From the NCBI GenBank assembly GCA_963662795.1, contig OY759746.1, positions 3,552,001 to 3,616,000 of the forward strand: a DNA stretch of 64,000 nucleotides, in the 5' to 3' direction. How positions within the stretch are numbered: the first letter of the stretch is position 1; every line of letters starts with the position of its first letter. The DNA is from Spirochaetia bacterium. Its GTDB lineage: Bacteria > Spirochaetota > Spirochaetia > CADAEX01. A program made the translations under genes and the position numbers. Of the stretch, positions 47,104 to 57,739 are shown in pieces. The notes below the pieces were generated by a model. The model had not been told where the DNA came from. It did no database searches and worked only from the letters and a program-made list of their open reading frames with translations.

Positions 47104-48165
47104 TTACGTACTTGATAATTTATTACGAACATATTCAGGTATATCTTTTAGTGGGAGGACACAATCAGATGCTCCCAGATTAATTGCTTCCTTTGGCATT
47201 CCCCATACAATAGAGGAAGCCTCATCCTGCGCAATTGTATAACCGCCGGCATTCTTTATCTTAAGCAATCCCTGTGCCCCATCCTTTCCCATTCCCGTGA
47301 GAAGAATGCCAATACAGTTCCGTCCAGCCTGCATGGCAACGGATTCAAACATGGTATCTACTGCAGGCCGCTGGTTGCATACTTTCGGGCCGGAAACGAT
47401 TCTTAAAGTTCTTTCAGTACCTTGAGTCCTGAGAAGCATATGGTAATTCCCAGGAGCGATGTAAATTGTTCCTGAAAGAAGTCGTTCCCCGTTTTCTGCT
47501 TCTTTCACCATCACCTGACATATATCATTCAACCGGGACGCAAAAGTCGCGGTAAACCTTTCTGGCATATGTATCACTACCAGAGTGGGAGGGAAATCCT
47601 GATACCAGTTTTTAAATATTTCTTCGAGGGCAATAGTTCCCCCTGTGGAAGCTCCAACCGCAATCAGTTGATTAGTTGTTTTAAGTGTTGCCAGATAACT
47701 CTTTTGTCCCTTTTTCCCTGTTATAGCTGTTTCCTGCAGTTTTTTTGAATTGGCCTGGAGTTTCGAAAGATCAACTTCATTGGCAGAGATGATTCGATCT
47801 ATTAGAATATCAACTACTTCCTCTATACTGAAAGGTCCACCCGGTTTGGGAACCACGTCCACAGCTCCCAATTCCAGGGCTTCCATGGCAGCCTTACTGG
47901 AAGATTTTGCCAGTGAAGAGACAATTATGACCGGTTTGGGATAATATTTCATTAACTGCCGGAGAAATGTCAATCCGTCCATTCTGGGCATTTCAATATC
48001 AAGAGTAATAACATCAACATCAGTTTTTTCAAGCTTATCCCGCGCAACATAGGGATCAATTGCGCTTCCCACAACTTCGATTCTTGGATCCCTGGAAAGC
48101 TTTTCCGTAAGGATCTCACGGACAATTGCTGAGTCATCCACTATCAGCACTTTAATTTTACTCAT
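47104..48165 (-). CDS. cheB: protein-glutamate methylesterase
   Basis: REC domain plus GASTGG, HMP, TGMGKDGA. Confidence 0.95.
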   Translation of the reverse strand: MSKIKVLIVDDSAIVREILTEKLSRDPRIEVVGSAIDPYVARDKLEKTDVDVITLDIEMPRMDGLTFLRQLMKYYPKPVIIVSSLAKSSSKAAMEALELGAVDVVPKPGGPFSIEEVVDILIDRIISANEVDLSKLQANSKKLQETAITGKKGQKSYLATLKTTNQLIAVGASTGGTIALEEIFKNWYQDFPPTLVVIHMPERFTATFASRLNDICQVMVKEAENGERLLSGTIYIAPGNYHMLLRTQGTERTLRIVSGPKVCNQRPAVDTMFESVAMQAGRNCIGILLTGMGKDGAQGLLKIKNAGGYTIAQDEASSIVWGMPKEAINLGASDCVLPLKDIPEYVRNKLSST

Positions 48166-48169
48166 AAAT

Positions 48170-48973
48170 TCAAACCGTCCTTATAAACATGGAATGGCCC
48201 ATTTTCTTAAGCTGTGGAGGGGGATTTAAAAGTGCTTCCGTATGTCCCACAAACAATAGCCCGCCAATTTTTAAATTATGAACCAGATTATCAATGACCT
48301 GTTGTCGACCCGAATCATCAAAATAAATCATTACATTGCGGCAAAAAATATAGTCAAATAATTCACTGAACCTTATATCTTCAAATAAATTCAGCTTTTT
48401 AATCCTGAGGTATTGCCTGAGTTCTTTTCTTATTTGATAGGAATCATTATCACGTTTCTGAAAATATTTGAGGATATGGGCACGTGAGGTATTTGAAAAC
48501 TTACCGGAAGAATAAACTCCCTTGTTCATTACCTTGAGGACCTGAGCATTCACATCAGAGCTGACTATCGTAAAATCCTCGATTCCCTTCTCCAGAAGCG
48601 TGATGGCAATGGAATAAGGTTCCTCTCCAGTAGAACTTGCAGCGCACCAGATTAATGGTGCCTCAGTCTTTTTCTTAGTTATTTCTTCAGAGAGAATTTC
48701 AAAATGAGATTCTTCCCGGAAAAAAAATGTATGACCTACCGTAATCGTTTTAAGCAACAGGTCCACTGCTGGCGGATAACCTCTTGAAACCTGATCATAA
48801 AAGTCCCACAGATTCCCTGTAATAGCAGATAGCTTGTCGAGTTTGGCTTTTAAAAGGTAAAGCTTTAACGAGTCATAGTATATACCATAGTTGCGGTAAA
48901 TCAGTTCGCTATACTTTGAAAGAAGCTCCCTATTTACAGGTTCTGATTTATTGTTTTCAGGAGCTTTAAACAT
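48170..48973 (-). CDS. cheR: chemotaxis methyltransferase
   Basis: TFFFRE, WCAASSTGEEPYS, IFCRNVMIYF, GHTE. Confidence 0.93.
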   Translation of the reverse strand: MFKAPENNKSEPVNRELLSKYSELIYRNYGIYYDSLKLYLLKAKLDKLSAITGNLWDFYDQVSRGYPPAVDLLLKTITVGHTFFFREESHFEILSEEITKKKTEAPLIWCAASSTGEEPYSIAITLLEKGIEDFTIVSSDVNAQVLKVMNKGVYSSGKFSNTSRAHILKYFQKRDNDSYQIRKELRQYLRIKKLNLFEDIRFSELFDYIFCRNVMIYFDDSGRQQVIDNLVHNLKIGGLLFVGHTEALLNPPPQLKKMGHSMFIRTV

Positions 48974-50652
48974 TATTTATCATCCACATCCTGAAATTCT
49001 TCATCGTCATCCAGCGGGATTCTGTAATTCTTACTTTCATTATTAGCCGAAATAGCCAGCCTCTCCTGATTTTTAGGTAACTGATACATACGGCCTCCTT
49101 TGGAAATTAACCCCTGAGTGTTCCTTATTTTATCAGATTCACTCCGTTTGGATTTAGGAGCGGATTTCTTCATTGAAACTGCAGACTGGTTAACAGCTCC
49201 CATCACCAGAACAGACAGTTCTGTAACCATCTCATTCAGGCCTTCCACCTGGGATTTAAGCTCTTCCGCTGCGCTGGCTGTCTCTTCAGAACTTGCCGCA
49301 TTCTGCTGAACAACAGTGTCAAACTGGATAATTGCAGTGTTTGTCTGGCTGATTCCCATGTCCTGCTGACGGCTTGCCGTCTCAACCTCTTTAGTCATCT
49401 CGTTTACCTTTTTGGAGTTGGTAGTAATTTCCTTAAAAACTTCAGCCAGTTCGTTTGCAAGATTGAGGCCTTCCTGGCTTTTCTGCAGTGAAGTCTTGAT
49501 CATCTGGGCAGTCTCCTTGGCGCTGGAAGCACTCCTGTTGGCCAGATTTTTTACCTCATCGGCAACAACTGCAAATCCCAGGCCCGCTTCCCCGGCCCGC
49601 GCTGCTTCAACCGCGGCGTTTAATGCCAGCATATTTGTCTGAAAGGCAATGTCATCAATCACATCGATAACAGCGCTGATATCGTCAGCAGATTTACCAA
49701 TCTCGGTCATTGCTATCAGCATTTTATCCATCTGCTCCGATCCCTGAACTGAAGCATCAGAACTCTTGGCTGCAAGAAGACTTGCCTCCTTGGCGTTTTC
49801 CACATTCTGTTTTACCATGGATGCCAATTCCTCCATGGAACTTGTAGTCTCTTCGATTCCGGAGGCCTGTTCTGTTGCCCCGCTTGCTATCTGCTGGGCA
49901 CTGACCGAAAGCTGATTGGAAGCGTTTCCTATCTGATCCGATCCGTTGGTCAAAGAATCAACTATCCGCAATATCGGCTTTGTTATAGACCGGGAAAGGA
50001 TAATCCCGAGAATTATAGCCAGAAGAAAGCCGGCTGCAACTGTTATGAGAATTATTATATTCATCAGGTCAGAGTTAGCGACCTTTTTGCTCACTACCTG
50101 ATTGCCATAGTAATCCTCTACATATTCTGCTAATACATGCAGGCTCAGAACGGCATCATCAAGTGCTTTGGGCCTCTCACCACGCAAAAAACCCTCCGCC
50201 ATGATATTGCCATAGGTAACATCATCAAGCCCCTGAGCTTTGTACTGCCTTGCCTGTTCCACATAAATATCATCCAGTTTGGCAGCTAAAGCCACCTTCT
50301 GAAGAAAATCCTGATATAGCTCAGCTTCTTTCGCTGTTTTTGGGATCTGATCATATACTGCAAGTAATTTTTTCCGTTCATCCCGCTGCTTATCAATACC
50401 TTCCAGCTCTGCCTCAAATTCCTTTTGACTCAGCTGCGGCAATGCCAAAATACACAGGTTTTCACTAATCTTTTCCACACTGAGAAGAATCCTGTTCAGA
50501 CCTACGATGGACGGAATATCCACGGTTTTTATACCTGTCAGTGAAGAGGAAGCGCTCCTTAATCCCCAGACACCTACAGAACCCACCACCAGTGTTATTA
50601 ATCCTATCGCAATAAAACCGGTTATCAATTTAACTGATAAACTTATTTTCAT
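48973..50652 (-). CDS. methyl-accepting chemotaxis protein (four-helix-bundle sensor)
   Basis: Two TM segments and hairpin tip [33 protein letters not shown]. Confidence 0.93.
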   Translation of the reverse strand: MKISLSVKLITGFIAIGLITLVVGSVGVWGLRSASSSLTGIKTVDIPSIVGLNRILLSVEKISENLCILALPQLSQKEFEAELEGIDKQRDERKKLLAVYDQIPKTAKEAELYQDFLQKVALAAKLDDIYVEQARQYKAQGLDDVTYGNIMAEGFLRGERPKALDDAVLSLHVLAEYVEDYYGNQVVSKKVANSDLMNIIILITVAAGFLLAIILGIILSRSITKPILRIVDSLTNGSDQIGNASNQLSVSAQQIASGATEQASGIEETTSSMEELASMVKQNVENAKEASLLAAKSSDASVQGSEQMDKMLIAMTEIGKSADDISAVIDVIDDIAFQTNMLALNAAVEAARAGEAGLGFAVVADEVKNLANRSASSAKETAQMIKTSLQKSQEGLNLANELAEVFKEITTNSKKVNEMTKEVETASRQQDMGISQTNTAIIQFDTVVQQNAASSEETASAAEELKSQVEGLNEMVTELSVLVMGAVNQSAVSMKKSAPKSKRSESDKIRNTQGLISKGGRMYQLPKNQERLAISANNESKNYRIPLDDDEEFQDVDDK

Positions 50653-51170
50653 TTTTCACTCCTTTCATTTGTCGCGCATTTAGATGCGACTTTTTTTATT
50701 TGTACAAACTCTTCATCATTGAGAATCTTGATGACATCAAGTATGATTTTCATTCCCTCAGGAGTATCAGCAACTCCTTTTATGTACTCTGCCTTGACCT
50801 TGGAATTGATGTACGGCAAAGGATTAATCTTCTCTTCCGGTATGGGAATTACTTCATGGATTGCATCAACCACAAGTCCCATAAGCATCATGTCTCCATC
50901 CAGATTAACTTCAACAACTATAATGGTTGTCCTCTTGTGGTATTCATTAAACGGAAGGCCGAATTTAAGTCTCAGATCAATAATAGGAATAATCTGTCCC
51001 CTGAGGTTGATCACCCCACGTATAAAATCCGGGGTCTGGGGCAAGGGTGTGATATCTGTCATACCCATCAGTTCCTTGACCTTAAGAATCTCCATGCAGT
51101 AACTTTCACCAGCCAGGGTAAAGTTCATAAAACGCGAACCTGCTGAAGTTCTTCTTCTGCTGTTCTCCAT
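50649..51170 (-). CDS. cheW: chemotaxis coupling protein
   Basis: [21 protein letters not shown]; ATG 51170 with AAGGAG RBS. Confidence 0.93.
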   Translation of the reverse strand: MENSRRRTSAGSRFMNFTLAGESYCMEILKVKELMGMTDITPLPQTPDFIRGVINLRGQIIPIIDLRLKFGLPFNEYHKRTTIIVVEVNLDGDMMLMGLVVDAIHEVIPIPEEKINPLPYINSKVKAEYIKGVADTPEGMKIILDVIKILNDEEFVQIKKVASKCATNERSEK

Positions 51171-51192
51171 AATTTTCTCCTTATTCAATTTT

Positions 51193-51549
51193 TCAGATAA
51201 GCTTTTTGATTGCCCCCAGAAGCCTATCAGGCTCACATGGCTTAACAATCCAGCCGGATGCCCCCAACTCCCGTCCTTTTTGCTTTAGTTCTTCCTTTGT
51301 CTCAGTTGTGAGCATAAGTATCGGTGTGGATGTGTAAGAAGGTAATTGCCTGATTTCATCAAGCAGGGTTATACCATCCATTTCAGGCATATTGACATCC
51401 AGCAAAAAAAGATCAACCTGCTGAGAGTTCAGTTTTTCCAGTGCCCTGACTCCATTTTCTGCCTCAATAACAGTATATTCTCCAACTAAAGCGTTTTTTA
51501 ATATGTTTCTTATAGAAGTAGAATCATCAACGAGCATTATGGTTTTCAT
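51193..51549 (-). CDS. cheY: single-domain response regulator
   Basis: VDDS, DVNMP, LTTE, GWIVKP; located in the che operon. Confidence 0.85.
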   Translation of the reverse strand: MKTIMLVDDSTSIRNILKNALVGEYTVIEAENGVRALEKLNSQQVDLFLLDVNMPEMDGITLLDEIRQLPSYTSTPILMLTTETKEELKQKGRELGASGWIVKPCEPDRLLGAIKKLI

Positions 51550-51561
51550 AAAAATCCCTCC

Positions 51562-52815
51562 TTAAAATAACTCAAAATCGTTATTACTCCTCTGCAGGTC
51601 AATTTTTTCAGCTAGCCCCAGACTTTTAATGGCAACTTCCAAAGCGTCTAACTCCCTGGAAGTTGTAAGCCGTTTGCGAAACCGTTCTATACTGTCAGTT
51701 TCCCTGAATTCAACATTTGATTCCTGGTGGTTTCGGATGAGTTCTGTTAACATTTTTAAAAAATCTTCCGTGACAAGATCAAGATTTTCCACTTCCTGAA
51801 TAATTATTGCATGAAGCATTGACAGGGGAAAAAGATCATTCATGTTTCCTTCCAGTCCTTTAATAAACTGAAGTATTCCTGAATACAGATTCTTGAATTG
51901 ACTGTAATGTCTGATAATGATTTCATTAAGATCATTAAAGGTTTCTTTTTCTTCATGGACCATGGTGGTAAGGCTGTTTTTATTATCCTCAAGTTCCAGG
52001 TAGACAGAGCTGAATATCCCCTTGCTTGAATCCGCAGTGACTCTGATATCCTTGAGAAATTTCTGAGTCTCGTGAGCCAGTTTCTGTATTTCGTTGGCTA
52101 TTACTTTAAAACCATTGCCCTTAACTCCAGCCCGGGCCGACTCAATTGAAGCATTAATGGATAAAATATGAACACGCTCTGCTATGTCGGAAATATCACC
52201 TGTGAGTTTAAAAATGGAATCAAGGACAGCTTTGAGGCTTTTAAATTTATTTTCAAAAACAGTAAAAGCATCAACAGATTTTTGGGCAACCAGATTTATA
52301 TCAACCTGTAATTTATCTACATTGCCCGTCATTATATCAAGAGAGGATGAATTTATGATCTCCTGATCATGTTCCTGAACCTGTGCTATAAAATCTTTCA
52401 TACCTGTTTTAATGACAACAAGACTCTCAGACATGGGTTCAGTGGTTTTATTCAGGTAGTCAACAATGCTTTTGAAAAGTGAGGGTATTGCTTTTTCATA
52501 AACCCCTATTTCCCCGATTAATACAGGACTTATTTTTTCAAGTTCCTCACTGTATCCGTTTCCCTGGATTGGTATTTTTTCGGTTACAGGTGGAGCTATC
52601 TCCTGTTTAATTGATGACACCTCTGTTTGATTAGTCTGTGGAATATATCCAGGTAAAGGTATGCGGATTAACAAAAAAATACCCGTAATGCCTGTAATGA
52701 ACGATAAAACAGACAGAACCAGAGCAAATGTATTAATAGTCCCTAAATAAAAAACAACAAGCGCTTCAAGTCCGGTTAGCCCTGTTACAGCTAATAATAT
52801 CGCCCAATTTTTCAA
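51562..52815 (-). CDS. atypical MCP-like protein (no sensory domain)
   Basis: Two adjacent N-terminal TM segments, short signalling tip LSINASIESARAGVKGNGFKVIANEI, C-terminal DFELF. Confidence 0.75.
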   Translation of the reverse strand: MKNWAILLAVTGLTGLEALVVFYLGTINTFALVLSVLSFITGITGIFLLIRIPLPGYIPQTNQTEVSSIKQEIAPPVTEKIPIQGNGYSEELEKISPVLIGEIGVYEKAIPSLFKSIVDYLNKTTEPMSESLVVIKTGMKDFIAQVQEHDQEIINSSSLDIMTGNVDKLQVDINLVAQKSVDAFTVFENKFKSLKAVLDSIFKLTGDISDIAERVHILSINASIESARAGVKGNGFKVIANEIQKLAHETQKFLKDIRVTADSSKGIFSSVYLELEDNKNSLTTMVHEEKETFNDLNEIIIRHYSQFKNLYSGILQFIKGLEGNMNDLFPLSMLHAIIIQEVENLDLVTEDFLKMLTELIRNHQESNVEFRETDSIERFRKRLTTSRELDALEVAIKSLGLAEKIDLQRSNNDFELF

Positions 52816-54908
52816 TTATCAGCCTCCAGTAAGCTGAGTTCTATTATCTGGTCCACATCCAGAACAAGACCTATCTTTCCTCCACCCAGAACTGTCCCTG
52901 AAGTTACTCCTTTCATTTTTTTGAACCGGGAGCCCAACGATTTTATGACAACTTCCCTTTTGGCAATAATCTCATCCACCAGAAGAAGAAATTTTCTTTT
53001 ATCGGAACTTTCAGTTAATATTCCAATTACATTTTGCTCCGGAGGTGGGGGACTCATCCCTAATACCTGATGCATCCGCAGTACCAAGACAACACCTCCC
53101 CTCATGTCTATCATTTCTACTTTTCCATTTATTGTGTAAATCCTGGAGGTATTTACTTTAAATGCCTCAATTACAGAGCTGATAGGAAAAATAAAGAGAT
53201 TTTCCCCAATCCGTGAAATCATCCCATCAATAATTGCTGTGCTTAAGGGAAAAGAAAGGTGAAAATAGGTGTAATTTCCCGGTTTGGTTTCAATTTCAAT
53301 CTTTCCGCGATTATTTGCGATTGCCGAACGGACAATATCCATACCTACACCGCGCCCTGATATAAGATCAATATTTTCACGGGTACTGAATCCTGAGGTA
53401 AATATTAGCCCGTGTACCTGGGAATCACTCATTGATTCAGCTGCTTCGGGCCGTATAAATCCCTTGGCAATTGCTTTTGCAAGGATTTTTTCCCGGCTCA
53501 GTCCTGCTCCATCATCACCTATGGTTATAACAATAATATTCCCCAGCCTTTTAGCTCCAAGAAATATTGTACCCTGGGGATCCTTTCCAGCCTGTTGTCT
53601 GATTTCCGTTGTTTCAATTCCATGATCCAAAGAGTTCCGAATCAGGTGGATCAGCGGTTCTTCTAGTTTTTCAATAAGATTCCTGTCAATTTCCAGATCC
53701 TCTCCAAATATTTCCAGTTTGACCGGTTTATTGAGTTTTTTACTTAAATCCCTGATAACCCGCTTGATGTTACTGAACAGGGTCTGAACTGTTTCTGTAC
53801 GCAATTCCATTGCACCGAACTGGATGCTGCGGGTGATTTTTCTCATCTGAACAAGCGCAGGAGTATTTTCTGTTATCTGTCCCATGGAAATCAGAAGCTC
53901 TCCAATCATATCTACCAGAAAGTTGACCTTGGATGCCCGAACCTTAATAATCGGGTCTGTGGTTGCAATTTCGGAACGGCTCTGAACCGGTGCCTCTGTT
54001 TTTTGTTTTCCAAGGGTTTCCTGAAGTTCCTGGGATGTAAGATAATTCTCTACTACGGCTATTTCTCCGAATTTTTTTGTATATGCCGATTCTTTCTGTT
54101 TTTGAAGAATCTGCTCCTTATCTGTTTCATTCAGTTTACCTTCCTGGACCAGGATATTGCCAAGGGCTGATTTTGTCTGGTATGAGAGTTTCTCCAGTTT
54201 CTGAAAGTATAAATCCATTGAAACATTGCTGGAAACAAGATAGTCCCCGGTTTTAAGTTTATTGACAATCTGCAGGGACATATCCAGTCCTTCAAGGAGC
54301 ATTTCTATTATTTCAGAATTCGGTTCCAGTTTTTTACTTCTGAGAGAGTCAAGCAAATTTTCAATGTTGTGTGTTAATTCTCCCAGAGAAGCAATTTTAA
54401 GAAAACCGCATTCACCTTTAATTGTATGAAACACACGGAAAAGCTTATTTATCAGATCAAGATTTGTAAAATCCTGTTCAAGATCAAGTATCAGTGTCTG
54501 GGCCTGAACCAGCCGGTCAGACGCTTCGGCGATAAATATCTGAAATGATTCATCATCATGATAAATACCTGAAGCCTGTATACCCTCCCTTATTGTGCTG
54601 CCAATTAATTTTTTCATCCGCTCTTTTAAATCCTTAACAGCGTCAGATGAGCTGTCTGGATCCATACACTGGAGAAGATCAATACCCTGGGTTAAATTAT
54701 CCATAAAACCGGGTTGTCCTGCCTTGTTCATCTCGGCTCTGATTAAATTCAGAAGCCATTGAATCAATTCATAGGGCTCTTCCTGTTCAAGATAAAAATC
54801 TGTTAGAAGAGCGACGGAATCCTCAATGTCTGAAAGAAGCAAAAAATCTCCTGTGTCATAATTCAATAAAGCATTGGTGACAACATTAAACTGTTCTTCT
54901 AGTGTCAT
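52812..54908 (-). CDS. cheA: chemotaxis histidine kinase with MshEN-like insert
   Basis: P1 FRVFHTIKG, HLIRNSLDHGIE, GFST..SGRGVGMD, C-terminal CheW-like domain. Confidence 0.95.
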   Translation of the reverse strand: MTLEEQFNVVTNALLNYDTGDFLLLSDIEDSVALLTDFYLEQEEPYELIQWLLNLIRAEMNKAGQPGFMDNLTQGIDLLQCMDPDSSSDAVKDLKERMKKLIGSTIREGIQASGIYHDDESFQIFIAEASDRLVQAQTLILDLEQDFTNLDLINKLFRVFHTIKGECGFLKIASLGELTHNIENLLDSLRSKKLEPNSEIIEMLLEGLDMSLQIVNKLKTGDYLVSSNVSMDLYFQKLEKLSYQTKSALGNILVQEGKLNETDKEQILQKQKESAYTKKFGEIAVVENYLTSQELQETLGKQKTEAPVQSRSEIATTDPIIKVRASKVNFLVDMIGELLISMGQITENTPALVQMRKITRSIQFGAMELRTETVQTLFSNIKRVIRDLSKKLNKPVKLEIFGEDLEIDRNLIEKLEEPLIHLIRNSLDHGIETTEIRQQAGKDPQGTIFLGAKRLGNIIVITIGDDGAGLSREKILAKAIAKGFIRPEAAESMSDSQVHGLIFTSGFSTRENIDLISGRGVGMDIVRSAIANNRGKIEIETKPGNYTYFHLSFPLSTAIIDGMISRIGENLFIFPISSVIEAFKVNTSRIYTINGKVEMIDMRGGVVLVLRMHQVLGMSPPPPEQNVIGILTESSDKRKFLLLVDEIIAKREVVIKSLGSRFKKMKGVTSGTVLGGGKIGLVLDVDQIIELSLLEADN

Positions 54909-55215
54909 GGATAATCCTTATTTTTGGTAAAATATGCATTTTATTTAAATGTATACTACCAATATTTTTTATATATAAAATTTATTAACATTTTGTGTGA
55001 TATAGTAATTTGCGAAGGGATGAAATAGATTTATTCATTTTTTAAATTTTTTATCTCCTTTTATTTAAAAATATCTCAAATTATGTATATATTTTAATAT
55101 GTAATATTTCAAATATAAACTACAAAATATACATTAAAAACCTATAAAGTCAATATGATTAAAAACTTATTTAAATATATTTTCATACAACTATTAATAA
55201 TTATACGAAAAATAA

Positions 55216-55590
55216 TTAAAAAATGTGTTTTGTATTATATATTTTTCTGAAATTTTCTGGATTTAACGGTTCCCCCAGAAAGAACCCTTGATATTGTGAA
55301 CAGCCTTTTCTTTTAAGAATCTTGAATTGCTTCTCTGACTCTATTCCTTTTGCTGCCACATCCAGGGATAATGTCTGAGCTAACGAAATAATCATTTCGA
55401 TTATTGCTAAAGTTTTCTTGCTTTCTCCTAAATAAGTAATAAATGATTTATCTATTTTTAAAATGTCTACTGGATAATCTTTTAACTTGGAGAGAGAAGA
55501 AGAACCAGTTCCAAAATCATCAATGGCAATTCGAATTCCCATCGCCTGCAGAATCTTTAAATTCTTGATTGTTATCCTAATGTTCTTCAC
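55216..55590 (-). pseudogene. C-terminal half of an EAL phosphodiesterase domain
   Basis: IAIDDFGTGSSSL, LKIDKSF, QGF present; N-terminal EAL half absent; EGVE altered to KGIE. Confidence 0.8.
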
Positions 55591-55639
55591 TGATCTCCTT
55601 CCTAAAAACCAGGGTATTCTAAATTGGGATATCTTCAAA

Positions 55640-56040
55640 AATCAGTTGATCACTAACATCGATTTGGATAATTACGGGGTACAGTTACCCCCACTTCACG
55701 TCTCCTGAGCATTTTTCCGCTTTTTGTCAAGTGCAGTCAATATTGAAGTATCGGCCTTCAAGCTGTTCCCATTTGAGCGCAAGTATTTCAAATGCCCGTC
55801 GCCCGTTAAAAACTGCAAACCTGAAAAGCTGTTATACAAGAAATGACAGTCATTTATCCGGAGATGAAAACAGGGACGAGATTACTTCAGAGGTAAAAAT
55901 TCTTTTTTTTTAGCAGTGTATTTTATATCAACTATATGTGTTGTTGGATTGTTTATAATATCTCCACGGTAATGTGCTACTGAAAAACAGAAGACACTGC
56001 TGTTAAAACTTTCTCAACAGTCTAATCTGGGATATATTGA
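55640..56040 (-). pseudogene. tyrosine recombinase/integrase relic
   Basis: Manual translation across stops and frameshifts: TVEKVLTAVSSVF / HYRGDIINNPT..IKYTAKKK / IFTSEVISSLF..*..*QLFRFAVFNGRRAFEILALKWEQL (Box I G-x-R-x-x-E-x-x-x-L-x-W); ends approximate. Confidence 0.7.
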
Positions 56041-56165
56041 AAACTCATGTTTTACCAGTCTGACTCCAATCATCTTTTTATTCTCCAGGAATACCAGACA
56101 TCTATTGGAATAATTTATAAATAACATCATGAATTTACGATCTTTTTTTCACTCAACTAGCTGTT

Positions 56166-57396
56166 GAGGCTGTAGATAAAGTGTAAATTTTCAACAATTG
56201 CTTTATATCCAGATATTCCCATGATAAAATTCTATCAGACTGGGAGATTACAAAATGGGTAAATACAAAGAGTATTCTTATGAACAAAAAGTGCTGCTGC
56301 CGATAGATTTTTCCGAGCAGGTTCTTCCCGGAACCTTTGAACACACACTCAATTTTCTCATTGACCGGGAAATTGATTTAACCATGTTTTATGAAAAACA
56401 TAAAAATGATGAAAATGGAGTTCCCGCCTACGATCCGGCGATCTTACTGAAGATAATTCTTTTTGCTTATTCACGGGGAATTATTTCCAGCAGAAGAATT
56501 GCCCGATTATGTCGGGAAAATGTCGTTTGCATGTCCCTCTCCGCAGATACCCGGCCGCACTTTAGCACCATAGCTGATTTTATTTCTACGATGGATAAAG
56601 AAATCGCTCCCCTGTTTACCCGGATTCTCTCGGTCTGTTACGCCAATAACGTCATCGATAAAAACATGTTTGCCATCGACGGCTGCAAGATTTCTTCCAA
56701 TTGCTCAAAGGAATGGAGCGGAACGAAAAAAGAACTGCTAAAAAAAGCGGGAAAGATAGAGGAATCTATCAAATACCTGTTGGAAAAACATAAACAGGAA
56801 GATAAAAGCCGGTATAGTCAAAGTCAGGAAGAGAAAGAAAAGGCTTCGATAGAGAAACTGAAAGCTAAATCCCAAAAGATCCATGACTGGCTGAACTCAA
56901 ATGACGATAGAATGGGAAGCCAGGGGAAACCAATAAAAAGCAATATTACCGACAATGAAAGCGCGAAGATGTCCACCTCCCATGGAGTTATCCAGGGTTA
57001 TAACGGAATTGCGGCGGTTGATGAAAAGAACCAATTAATCGTTTGGGCGGAAGCATTTGGCGACAGCAATGAATCCAAACATTTCCCCGAGATTCTGGAT
57101 GGAATAAAAAACAATTTTAAATCGATTCAGGCATCGGAAGATATCTTGAAAGAAACAGTGATTACCGCCGACAGCGGTTTTCATAATGATAATAATATGA
57201 AGCTGATTGTGGAAAATAACCTGACAGCCTTTGTCGCGGACAACCAGTTTCGAAAGAGGGATGTGAGATTTGCATCAGCCCAGAAACATAAACAAAAACC
57301 TGTCACGAATTGGGAACCTGCCAAAGGGAAAAAATATTACTCAGTAGATGATTTTATCTATGATGAAAATACAAAGAAATTAATGTGCCCAGCTGG
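56166..57396 (+). mobile_element. truncated IS1182-family element
   Basis: Probable left end GAGGCTGTAGATAAA. Transposase from 56255 has PAYDPAILLKIILFAY, SSRRIA, AIDGCKI, TDNESAKM, ADSGF and ends at MCPAG; C-terminus and right IR missing. Confidence 0.8.
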
Positions 57397-57739
57397 TTTC
57401 GAACGGTATTTAATATATGAATCTGTACCTAATTATCCTATCAAAATTACTTTTGATATAGATAATTCCACAATGATCTCAAAATGGATTTTCAGAAGCT
57501 TGGGAAGAATAATTATTCACTTTCTTAGTACTATAATAATTATTTACCTTATAAGAAAATTTCTGTATATGCTGAACGATTTAATTAAGACCCAGAAAGA
57601 ACTTGAGATATTAGCAAGATTTGACAGTCTTACAGGAGTTATGAACAGAAGATATTTTTTTGAAAGATTACAAGAAGAAATAATAAGAACGATCAGGTAT
57701 AAGCATGACATGGCTGTATTGTCATTAGATATTGATTAT

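Noticed and set aside
452-53625. Many antisense or alternate-frame ORFs in the track (e.g. 11790-12635 +, 20887-21705 +, 26382-26945 -, 50700-51146 +)
   Set aside because: They lie wholly opposite well-supported genes, are Ser/Phe/Ile-rich shadow translations and show no recognisable motifs
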